A stretch of 64,000 nucleotides of DNA from an uncultured Gemmatimonadaceae bacterium (lineage in GTDB: Bacteria > Gemmatimonadota > Gemmatimonadetes > Gemmatimonadales > Gemmatimonadaceae): NCBI GenBank assembly GCA_963761305.1, contig CAVXGK010000002.1, positions 1,120,001 to 1,184,000 of the forward strand. The letters are read 5' to 3'. The translations under genes were made by a program, and so were the position numbers. Shown here one piece after another: positions 40,198 through 49,006 of this stretch. The stretch's first letter is position 1, and every line of letters starts with the position of its first letter. The notes under the pieces are model-generated. The model searched no databases. It was not told the DNA's origin and saw nothing but the letters and a program-made list of their open reading frames with translations.

Positions 40198-40652
40198 CGA
40201 TCACGACCTGTCCCACCGACGTTTTCGCCGCGCCGGCCGAGCGAGTGTGGTGGCTGGTTACCGATCCGGTCTCCCTCGCGCGGTGGAGCGGATGCAAGCT
40301 GCTTCGCGGAGCGGCCCACGCCGGGTCCGTTCGGGAGGGCGATCGTCTGCTGCTGGGCAAGGGTCTCGGCGCGGTGTTCAGATTCGAGATGCGGATCATC
40401 GAAGCGATCCCTCCGGCACGACTGTCCGTCGACGTGTTTCTCCCGTTCGGGGTCGTCAATCACGAGGTCATCGTAATTACGCCGGTTTCGCCGAGATCCT
40501 GTAGAGTAACATTTAATTGAGACTTTCACTTCCCGCCAGGTTGGCGGGGCCGGCTGATTGAAACGATGCTCGGCGGCCGCTTCATCGACGGCCCGCGAGA
40601 GTCGCTCGCGAATCTGAAACGGGCAGCCGAATCGCCTGTCGGCGTCGCCTGA
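40194..40652 (+). CDS. SRPBCC/START-family protein with in-frame TGA at codon 109, probable selenoprotein (152 aa)
   Basis: GTGA-coupled start; APAERVWWLVTDP...W N-terminal SRPBCC motif; frame continues past TGA 40518-40520 to the C-terminal helix SLANLKRAAE; SECIS-like hairpin; selB in the window. Confidence 0.78.
40521..40550 (+). promoter_or_regulatory. Putative bacterial SECIS element
   Basis: TGA + 11 nt, then CCCGCCA-GGT-TGGCGGG (7-bp stem, G/U-containing apical loop). Confidence 0.65.
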
Positions 40653-40752
40653 GGCGGCACGCCGGCGACAAGCGTCGGTGGTCCGCTGCTCGATTCGCGG
40701 CGAAGGAGTCGCCGGTTCTTATTCACCACCTACACGCAAATCGCGCCCCTCG

Positions 40753-43416
40753 ATGGAAACGATCGGTCATCTGAACTCGGCGCTCGCCGGCCGGTACGAG
40801 ATCGAGCGCGAAATCGGCGCCGGCGGGATGGCGACGGTGTACCTCGCGCGCGACCTGCGTCACGACCGGCGCGTGGCGCTCAAGGTGCTCAACCCCGAAC
40901 TCGGCGCACAGCTCGGGCCCGATCGGTTCCTCGCCGAGATTCGCGTCACGGCGAATCTCCAACACCCGAACATCCTGCCGCTGTTTGATTCCGGCGAGGC
41001 GCGCGATCCGGACGCGAGCGACGGGTCGGGTCTCTTGTTCTACGTCATGCCCTACGTCGACGGCGAGGCGCTGCGGGCACGCCTCACGCGCGAGAGGCAA
41101 CTCCCCATCGACGATGCGGTGCACATCGCGCTGGCCGCGGCGAACGCGCTCCAATACGCGCACCAACACGGTGTGATCCATCGCGACGTGAAGCCGGAGA
41201 ACATTCTCCTGCAAGCCGGCCAGCCGGTGGTCGCTGATTTCGGTATCGCACTCGCCGTCACCAATGCAGCGAGCGCGCGGCTGACGCACACCGGACTCTC
41301 GCTGGGAACGCCCCAGTACATGAGCCCCGAGCAGGCGACCGGCGAACGGACGATCGACGGCCGGTCCGACGTCTATTCGCTCGCAGCGGTGTTGTATGAA
41401 ATGCTCACCGGCGAGCCTCCGCACACTGGGAGCACGGCGCAGGCGGTGATCGCGCGTCTCATCACGGAGAAGGCGCGAAGCCCGCGTCTCGTCAGAGCGA
41501 ACGTCCCCCCACACGTGGACGCGGCGATCGAACGCGCGCTCGAGAAACTGCCGGCGGATCGCTTCGCCAACGCCGGCGAGTTCGCCGCCGCGCTGCAAGG
41601 CCACGGTTGGACCGCCGCGCCGGCAGCGAGCGCCGCGGCGACGACGCTCGCGCGCCGCACGGTGTCACGGTGGACGTTCGCGGCGGCGCTCTTCGCGGCG
41701 GGCACGATCGTCGGCGCCGTCGTGATGCGGTCGCGCGCGGCATCCATCGGTGCGGCGACACAGAGCGACGCACCGACGGCGCGCGCGTCGATTCTGCTCG
41801 CGCCCGACGCGCCGATCGCGTTGGCGAACCTGCCGCCGGTCGGCTTCAATGGATCGGAGCTCGAGGTCGCGCCGGATGGATCGATGCTCGCGTACGTCGG
41901 AGCGACGGCGGCCGGCAACATCCTCTACGTGCGCGACATTGCGAGCGGCGAGACGCACTCGCTCGCCGGCACCGAAGGCGTGAAGATCGCCTTCTTTTCG
42001 CCCGACGGCGCGTGGATCGGATTCGTCACCGCGGACCACGTGAAAAAGATTCCTCGTGGCGGGGGCACCGCGACCGAGCTGGCCGCCGCGAGCACGGTCC
42101 GCGCCTGGTGGCCCGACCAGGAGTTCATCTACTACGACGCAGAACATGGAATCCTGTCCCGCGTGCCGTCGGACGGGGGAAAGCCCGAGCGGCTCGTGAC
42201 GAGAAGGGAGCTCGGCGCGCGCGACTTCAACGACGTGTTGCCCGGCGGTCGAACGGCGCTCGTCACCGCGGCAAGCGCGAGCAACGAGAGCATCAATGGC
42301 GACCACGGCGACGTTCTGCTCGCCGACGTTCGCTCGCATCGCACGACGGTTCTCGTCCACTCCGCCTATGCCGCGCGCTATGTGCCGGACGGGCACGTCA
42401 TCTTCGCTCGCGGCGGTAGCCTCTTCGCCGTCCGCTTCGACGCCAGCCGAGGGATCGTCGAAGGCAATCCCGTCGCGATCGCGTCCGGCGTCTCGATGGA
42501 ATCGGCGTTCGGGATGCTCCAGGCCTCGGCGGCCCGCGGCCTCCTCGCCTACGTCCCCGGCGCTGACAACTCGCGCGGCAAGTTGGCGTGGGCCGATCGG
42601 CGCGGCGTCGTCACCTTCATCGACGCGCCGGAGATGACATACGGAGAGATCGACCTCGCGCCCGACGACCAGCACATCGCGGTGCACATATCCGACGTCC
42701 AGGACTACCTCTGGGTCTGGAACGTCGAGCGCCACGAAGGGCAACGCGTCGCATACGCTGAAGCGGAGGGATTCCCGCGCTGGAGCGCCGACGGACGACG
42801 TCTCGCCGGCATCGTGCTCGGCAAGGCACGCGTCGCGATCCACGACGTCGATCGGGCCGGACACGTCGGCGAAGGGACATTGCTGCCCGATTCGGCACTT
42901 GGCATCGACTATTTCTCGCCGAACGGCGATGTGCTCGCCGTCGGCCAGTCGAACTCGCCGTTTCGCACGGGATTTGTCCGTCTCGGCGCGGGTGCTCCGC
43001 AAGCGCCGCCGATTGCCGGCAATCTCGTCACGTTCTCGCCGGATGGTAAATGGCTGGCGTACACGCGCGCCGAGCGTGGCCACCCCGAAGTCTTCATCCG
43101 TGCGTTCCCGGACGGTCGCGACGTCGGCCAGGTGTCGCAAGGCGGGGGGATCGAGGCGCGCTGGAAGCCGTCGGGCGTGCTGTATTTTCGCAACGGTCAT
43201 CGTTGGTACGAGACGAAAGTGACGACGAATCCGGAACCGCGTTGGGACCCGCCGCGCCAGGTGTTCGACGTCGACTTCATCGACACGGACGGCTACTCGT
43301 ACGACGTGACCCGCGACGGCCAGCGACTGCTCGTGGTGAAACGCGAACATCCGATGGAAACATCGCGCATCGAGCTGATCACGAACTGGGCGAGGCTGCT
43401 CGAGCCCAAGCCCTGA
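40753..43416 (+). CDS. Ser/Thr protein kinase - TM - PD40 beta-propeller
   Basis: GAGGMATVY, HRDVKPEN, DFG, GTPQYMSPE; FFSPDG, TFSPDG, YDVTRDG...ITNW. Confidence 0.95.
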   Translation: METIGHLNSALAGRYEIEREIGAGGMATVYLARDLRHDRRVALKVLNPELGAQLGPDRFLAEIRVTANLQHPNILPLFDSGEARDPDASDGSGLLFYVMPYVDGEALRARLTRERQLPIDDAVHIALAAANALQYAHQHGVIHRDVKPENILLQAGQPVVADFGIALAVTNAASARLTHTGLSLGTPQYMSPEQATGERTIDGRSDVYSLAAVLYEMLTGEPPHTGSTAQAVIARLITEKARSPRLVRANVPPHVDAAIERALEKLPADRFANAGEFAAALQGHGWTAAPAASAAATTLARRTVSRWTFAAALFAAGTIVGAVVMRSRAASIGAATQSDAPTARASILLAPDAPIALANLPPVGFNGSELEVAPDGSMLAYVGATAAGNILYVRDIASGETHSLAGTEGVKIAFFSPDGAWIGFVTADHVKKIPRGGGTATELAAASTVRAWWPDQEFIYYDAEHGILSRVPSDGGKPERLVTRRELGARDFNDVLPGGRTALVTAASASNESINGDHGDVLLADVRSHRTTVLVHSAYAARYVPDGHVIFARGGSLFAVRFDASRGIVEGNPVAIASGVSMESAFGMLQASAARGLLAYVPGADNSRGKLAWADRRGVVTFIDAPEMTYGEIDLAPDDQHIAVHISDVQDYLWVWNVERHEGQRVAYAEAEGFPRWSADGRRLAGIVLGKARVAIHDVDRAGHVGEGTLLPDSALGIDYFSPNGDVLAVGQSNSPFRTGFVRLGAGAPQAPPIAGNLVTFSPDGKWLAYTRAERGHPEVFIRAFPDGRDVGQVSQGGGIEARWKPSGVLYFRNGHRWYETKVTTNPEPRWDPPRQVFDVDFIDTDGYSYDVTRDGQRLLVVKREHPMETSRIELITNWARLLEPKP

Positions 43417-43426
43417 GTGGGCTCGC

Positions 43427-43533
43427 TCGCTTGGCGCCCGGTGTGCCGCTCTCCATATTCCGCCCTCCGATCCTTTGCGTTGACTTGATCTGACGCCGCG
43501 ACGCCCGCGCGGCCTTGCCCATCTCGCTTGATG
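43427..43533 (+). promoter_or_regulatory. Conserved promoter/leader element, copy B
   Basis: TTGGCG-N17-CATATT, hairpin GCCGCG-N7-CGCGGC, ends at the kinase ATG. Confidence 0.75.
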
Positions 43534-45753
43534 ACACCCGAAGGAACGCTCGAGGACGGCGGCCTCGCGGCGGCGGTCAGTGACCGGTATCGCATCGAAC
43601 GCGAGATCGGCCGCGGCGGAATGGCCACCGTCTACCTGGCCGACGACGTGCGCCATCGGCGACAGGTCGCGCTCAAGGTGCTCGATCCCGAGCTGGCGCG
43701 CGCCGTCGGCCCCGAGCGATTTCTGCGTGAGATCGAGATCGCCGCGCAGCTCAGCCATCCGCACATCATGCCGCTGTTCGATTCGGGCGACGCGGCCGGG
43801 CACCTCTTCTATGTAATGCCCTTCGTTCGCGGCGAGTCGCTGCGACAACGGCTCGATCGCGAACGAACGCTTTCCGTCGATGCCACGCTGGCCATCACGC
43901 GCGACGTGGCCGAGGCCCTCGAGCACGCCCACGCGCGTGGCGTGGTGCATCGCGACATCAAGCCCGAGAACATTCTGCTGTTCGAGGGTCAGGCAATCGT
44001 CGCCGATTTCGGCATCGCCCTCGCGACGGCGGCCGCGACAGATCGCCGAATCACCGGTACCGGTTTGGTCGTCGGCACGCCGGCGTACATGAGCCCGGAA
44101 CAGCTGTTTGGCGAGCGCACCGACGCGCGGAGCGATCAGTACAGCCTCGCGTGCGTCGTCTACGAAATGCTGACCGGCGAAGCGCCGTACGCCGCGGCGA
44201 CGCCACAGGCGGGCATCGCCAAACGTCTCGTCGAATCCGCGCCGTCGATGCGCCGCGTTCGCGCCGTCATTCCGATCTCGATCGACACGGCCGTCCGGCG
44301 AGCGCTCGCCAGAGAGCCGGCCGACCGATTCGCGTCCGTCGCCGAGTTCGCGCGCGCGTTGAGCGCGCCGAGCGAGCGGCGCGCGACGACCGTGGCGGTA
44401 CTTCCCTTTTCCAGCTTCAGCTCCGACGCCGAGAACGAGTATTTCGCCGACGGAATCACCGAGGACGTGATCGCCAATCTTTCCAAGATCCGCTCGCTCA
44501 AGGTGATCTCGCGGACGTCGGTGATGCCGTTCAAGAAACGGGAGCAGAGTCTCACCGAGATCGGCGCCACGCTCGGGGCGACGACGCTGCTCGAGGGCAG
44601 CGTGCGGCGCGCCGGCGACCGCGTGCGCATCGTCGCGCAGCTCATCGACGCCGAAACGGATCAACACCTGTGGACCGAGACGTACGACCGCCACCTCGTC
44701 GACATCTTCGCCATCCAGACCGACGTCGCGCTCCAGATCGCCGCCGCGCTCAAGGCCGAGTTGACGCGCGCCGAGGAATCGCGCGTTCGGAAGGAACCGA
44801 CACAGAACATCCGGGCCTATCAGCTCTACCTCTTCGGGCGACAATCGCTCATCAGGTTCACGCCCGAAGCGATGCTCTCGGCGATCGACTATTTCGACCG
44901 GGCCGTTGCAGAGGATTCGTCGTACGCATTGGCGTACGCCAGCGCGGCGATGGCCTACGTCGAGTTGGCGGAGATCGGCGCCATGGCGTCGGACACGGCG
45001 TTTCGACACGCGGCCGACGCGGCGCACAAGGCGTTGGAGTTGGACCCCGAGCTCGGCGCCGCCCACGTAACCGCTGGATACGTGAAGATGACGCGCGAGT
45101 TCGACTGGGCCGGATCGGAGGCATCGTTCAACCGTGCAATCGAGTTGAGTCCCAGCAGCGCCGATGCGTACGATCTCTACGGACGCCTTTGTTCGGCGCA
45201 GGAACGCTACGACGAAGCGCTCGTGCTGCTCGGCCGTGCACAGGAGCTGGATCCTCTGGCCCACCGCTTGGACATGGCGACGACGCTCCTTCGCGCCGGC
45301 CGATATGAAGAGGCGATCGTGAGCGCCAGAGCCGCGACGGACCTCGACCCATCGGGCGACCGCGCCCACGCGACGCTTGGTTGGGCGCTTTTTTTCGGCG
45401 GCGCTCGCGACGAGGGATTGGCCGAGCTCGAGACCGCGGTGTCGTTGTCCCCGAGCACGACGAGTTGGCTCGGGCAGCTCGGTGAGGCGTACGGTCTCGC
45501 CGGGCGGTTGGACGATGCGCGCGCCGTGCTGCGCAAACTCGAGGAGCGTGCGCGCGACTCGTTCGTTTCGCCGTACACGTTCGCCTACGTCTACACGGGA
45601 CTCGGCGACGCCGATCGGGCGATCGAGCTGTTGCAGCGGGCAGTCGTGGAACGAACCGGCGCCGCGTACGGCATCAAGGGCTCGTTTCTGTTCCGGCCGT
45701 TGCGCGAACACCCCAAGTTCCGCGCGCTGTTGCGCGAGATGCGACTGAGCTGA
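43531..45753 (+). CDS. Cytoplasmic Ser/Thr protein kinase - TolB-N-like domain - TPR (no TM)
   Basis: GRGGMATVY, HRDIKPEN, DFG; VAVLPF...EYFADGITED..VISRTS; TPRs; no hydrophobic helix after the kinase domain. Confidence 0.95.
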   Translation: MTPEGTLEDGGLAAAVSDRYRIEREIGRGGMATVYLADDVRHRRQVALKVLDPELARAVGPERFLREIEIAAQLSHPHIMPLFDSGDAAGHLFYVMPFVRGESLRQRLDRERTLSVDATLAITRDVAEALEHAHARGVVHRDIKPENILLFEGQAIVADFGIALATAAATDRRITGTGLVVGTPAYMSPEQLFGERTDARSDQYSLACVVYEMLTGEAPYAAATPQAGIAKRLVESAPSMRRVRAVIPISIDTAVRRALAREPADRFASVAEFARALSAPSERRATTVAVLPFSSFSSDAENEYFADGITEDVIANLSKIRSLKVISRTSVMPFKKREQSLTEIGATLGATTLLEGSVRRAGDRVRIVAQLIDAETDQHLWTETYDRHLVDIFAIQTDVALQIAAALKAELTRAEESRVRKEPTQNIRAYQLYLFGRQSLIRFTPEAMLSAIDYFDRAVAEDSSYALAYASAAMAYVELAEIGAMASDTAFRHAADAAHKALELDPELGAAHVTAGYVKMTREFDWAGSEASFNRAIELSPSSADAYDLYGRLCSAQERYDEALVLLGRAQELDPLAHRLDMATTLLRAGRYEEAIVSARAATDLDPSGDRAHATLGWALFFGGARDEGLAELETAVSLSPSTTSWLGQLGEAYGLAGRLDDARAVLRKLEERARDSFVSPYTFAYVYTGLGDADRAIELLQRAVVERTGAAYGIKGSFLFRPLREHPKFRALLREMRLS

Positions 45754-45922
45754 CTTGCCAAGTCCTCAGCGGAGGACTTTCTCCCCGGACATGATGAAAC
45801 CTTAGTGCCGCGGCGCACCCGTGGTGCGCACCTCGACGCTTGAGCCGGGTATTGCATACATAAGGCGCGCGGGGCAACTCGCCCCGCCGCCGCCTTGAAC
45901 TTTTTTCGTGTGGAGGGTGCGT

Positions 45923-46507
45923 ATGACTCGCACCAAATCGATGGCTCTCCTTGCCGCCGGCACGATGGCCCTGGCCTCGCGAGGGCTGACGGCGCAAGAC
46001 ATCACCGTGACGTCTCGAACCCAGCCAGACGCCGCCCAAGTGACCTTCGGCTACCTCTGTGACGACCGATTCGTGATCAAGAACGACGGCGCGCAGTCGG
46101 TGAACCTGCAGTACGGTCTGCACGACGGGACGCAGCTCACCGGGATCACCGTGCAGCCTGGCGAGTCGGTCCAGCTGTCGAGCAGGTCGAACGCGTCCGT
46201 GGAACTCTGGAAGGACGGAACGCGCATCGCGACCGCCGCCAGGGAACAGCGGTCGTGCGCCGACGTGAATGGCGCGAACCTGAATGGCGGAGGCGGCGTC
46301 ACGGTCACTCAACCGCAGGTTGTGACGACGGCCACCGGGCCGACCTACGTGTACAGCGCGTATCCGTACTATTGGGATCCGTTCTTCAGCCCCTGGGCTC
46401 CTGCGCCTGCCCTCGGCTTTGGGGTCGGCGTTGTCCGCCCCTTCGGCGGCCCCGTGTTCTTGAATCGACCGTTCATCGCCGGGCGCTTCTTCGGTCGGCG
46501 CCGCTAA
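45923..46507 (+). CDS. Hypothetical secreted protein
   Basis: Signal peptide; beta-rich core; YPYYWDPFF...GFG low-complexity tail. Confidence 0.65.
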   Translation: MTRTKSMALLAAGTMALASRGLTAQDITVTSRTQPDAAQVTFGYLCDDRFVIKNDGAQSVNLQYGLHDGTQLTGITVQPGESVQLSSRSNASVELWKDGTRIATAAREQRSCADVNGANLNGGGGVTVTQPQVVTTATGPTYVYSAYPYYWDPFFSPWAPAPALGFGVGVVRPFGGPVFLNRPFIAGRFFGRRR

Positions 46508-46529
46508 GAATTTGGCTTCAGTAGGACCT

Positions 46530-46561
46530 CGGGGGCGGCGCGTTCATTCGCGCCGCCCCCG
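46530..46561. terminator. 13-bp perfect hairpin
   Basis: CGGGGGCGGCGCG-TTCATT-CGCGCCGCCCCCG downstream of the 46507 stop; no U tract. Confidence 0.55.
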
Positions 46562-46685
46562 CGTGCGTTCCACACTCGTTAGCGGCCTGTTGTCGTTGTC
46601 TCGGACTAAGTGCGGCTCGGTGATTGCCCGGTTTGCCTCGGACCGGTACGACCAACCACACGCGATTGAGTTCGCTGGAGGCCGC

Positions 46686-46901
46686 ATGGCACGCCAGACA
46701 TACGCAGAAAACGATGCCCGTCGTCACACGTCGAAGATGAAGGACATGCTGGATGAGGTCGCGCAGCACGCCCGTCAGGACATCGCCAAGGTCTCGGATC
46801 CACGAGCTCAGGCGCTGCTCGAGACGACGGCCGAGGTCGTGCTGGGCCTTCGGAAAGCCTACGACGATTTCGAAGAGGGGACAGAAGCCGTCTGGAAGTA
46901 G
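46686..46901 (+). CDS. Small conserved hypothetical helical protein (71 aa)
   Basis: GGAGG RBS; H.RQDIAKVSDPRAQALLETTAEVVLGL.KAY.DFE...W. Confidence 0.75.
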   Translation: MARQTYAENDARRHTSKMKDMLDEVAQHARQDIAKVSDPRAQALLETTAEVVLGLRKAYDDFEEGTEAVWK

Positions 46902-46908
46902 TGTCCGC

Positions 46909-47340
46909 TCAGGACTTCAGCGTCTTCGCGACTCCGCCGTGCCCGCTGCACGCGCCCTGCATCGTCTTGGCGTGCGAATACGTGCCGTCCTTGCACTGCG
47001 CCGTCGCACCGGTCGAATCCTTGGCGGCCTTGTTCTCCGCCGTGACGGCTTTGGACTCCGCACGCCGCGCCTTGCTGGCGGCGCCCGCGGTGTCGGTGCC
47101 GGCCTTTGCGACTTTTGCCTCGGCCTTCGTCGCCTTCTTCGATGCGCGAGCCGCGCGGGTCGCGAGCGAATCGACGCCGCCGTGCGACGAACAGGCGCCG
47201 CTGCCCGACGCGGTGGACGTCGTGCCGTCCTTGCAGATGCTCTGGGCCGACGCCTTGACCTTCGTCTGGGCCATCGCGGGTGAGCTCGCGACAGCTAGTC
47301 CCGCTGCGATCAGCAAACCGACAATGAGCGGCGTACGCAT
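46909..47340 (-). CDS. DUF3761-like secreted protein
   Basis: Signal peptide; two CKDGT.S......GACS.HGGV repeats. Confidence 0.85.
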   Translation of the reverse strand: MRTPLIVGLLIAAGLAVASSPAMAQTKVKASAQSICKDGTTSTASGSGACSSHGGVDSLATRAARASKKATKAEAKVAKAGTDTAGAASKARRAESKAVTAENKAAKDSTGATAQCKDGTYSHAKTMQGACSGHGGVAKTLKS

Positions 47341-47383
47341 TGGCACTCCTGGAATGAGAATTAGCAGTTGCGCCGGAGGGGAA

Positions 47384-47473
47384 CGGACAGGGAGAGATTC
47401 GAACTCTCGATACCGGGTTCACCGGTATGCCGGTTTTCGAGACCGGTGCCTTCAACCACTCGGCCACCTGTCC
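47384..47473 (-). tRNA. tRNA-Ser (anticodon CGA)
   Basis: GGACAGGTGGCCGAGTGGTTGAAGGCACCGGTCT-CGA-AAACCGG, long variable arm, GTTCGAATC; CCA not encoded. Confidence 0.97.
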
Positions 47474-47489
47474 GGAGGAGCCGAGAAAA

Positions 47490-48140
<651 letters not shown>

Positions 48141-48147
48141 GTGTATT

Positions 48148-48984
48148 CTAAGACGTGTGCGATGCGGAGCGCTCGCGATACATGCGCCGCCACTCGCGGA
48201 ACGGATGTGCGGTCGCCGCGCCAAGGGAGTTGAGCGAGTAGCCCACGCCCGGAATGCCGGTGTCGGGGTATTCGCTCGGTTCGGGGTGATAATAAGTCCC
48301 GAAGACGACGTCGATGAGGGGAAAGTAGGCCGCGAAATTTCGGTTCCAGTGCCGCACTTCGATCGAATGATGAATGCGGTGCGTCTGCGGGCTCACGATC
48401 ACCCAATTCAGCTTGCCGAAGCCGATGCGCAGGTTGGAATGCGCGAAGATGCCCAGATAGGCCAGAAATCCGGTGATGAACTGCGTGAGCCAGCTCGTCT
48501 CGTGCTGCCACACCGAGTGCACGAAGATGAACATGAGCGGCACGTCGACCAGCGGCACTTTCACCAGGTTCTCGAGCAGGTGATGCCGGAACGCGGTCGC
48601 CGCGCTCAGGTGCGGCTCGGAGTGATGTACCGCGTGCTGCGGCCAGAGCGCGGTCGTGTGCTGAATCCGGTGGAACCAGTAGTAAAAAAGGTCGAACGTG
48701 AACAGTATGACGAGTTGCATCGCGATCGGATGCACCGAGCCGAGCGACACCTCCAACCGGCCGAACGGAAGACGTCGCCACAGGCCGAAGATCCCGCCCA
48801 GCCGCAGCAGCACCATGATCGTGCTGTTGCCCGCCACCCAGAGCAGCCAGTATTGCCAGTCGAACAGCCACGCGCGCAGATCCAGTTTGCGCACGCCGAA
48901 CAGACGTTCGGCGAGGAAGTACAGGGCGAAATACGGCACCAGCCGCAACTCGCCCATCGCCAAGTCGGCGAATGCGTTCAGCAT
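48148..48984 (-). CDS. Sterol desaturase / fatty acid hydroxylase family protein
   Basis: His boxes YWFHRIQH, HAVHHS, FAHSN, PQTHRIHHS; NFA. Confidence 0.92.
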   Translation of the reverse strand: MLNAFADLAMGELRLVPYFALYFLAERLFGVRKLDLRAWLFDWQYWLLWVAGNSTIMVLLRLGGIFGLWRRLPFGRLEVSLGSVHPIAMQLVILFTFDLFYYWFHRIQHTTALWPQHAVHHSEPHLSAATAFRHHLLENLVKVPLVDVPLMFIFVHSVWQHETSWLTQFITGFLAYLGIFAHSNLRIGFGKLNWVIVSPQTHRIHHSIEVRHWNRNFAAYFPLIDVVFGTYYHPEPSEYPDTGIPGVGYSLNSLGAATAHPFREWRRMYRERSASHTS

Positions 48985-49006
48985 CGGTCGTGTCTCGCGA
49001 GTGGGG

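Noticed and set aside
41665..45711. 1348-aa minus-strand ORF and similar long ORFs (e.g. 25526..28393, 22986..25466, 55298..57562, 59582..62041)
   Set aside because: Antisense shadows of real GC-rich genes; Arg/Gly-rich with no recognisable motifs.
20290..45753. Diversity-generating retroelement or toxin/defence system behind the kinase diversity
   Set aside because: No reverse transcriptase, no template/variable repeat pair with A-specific mismatches, and no recognisable defence genes.
47384..47473. Either long-variable-arm tRNA as tRNA-Sec
   Set aside because: Anticodons are CGA and GGA with 7-bp acceptor stems, so both are ordinary tRNA-Ser.
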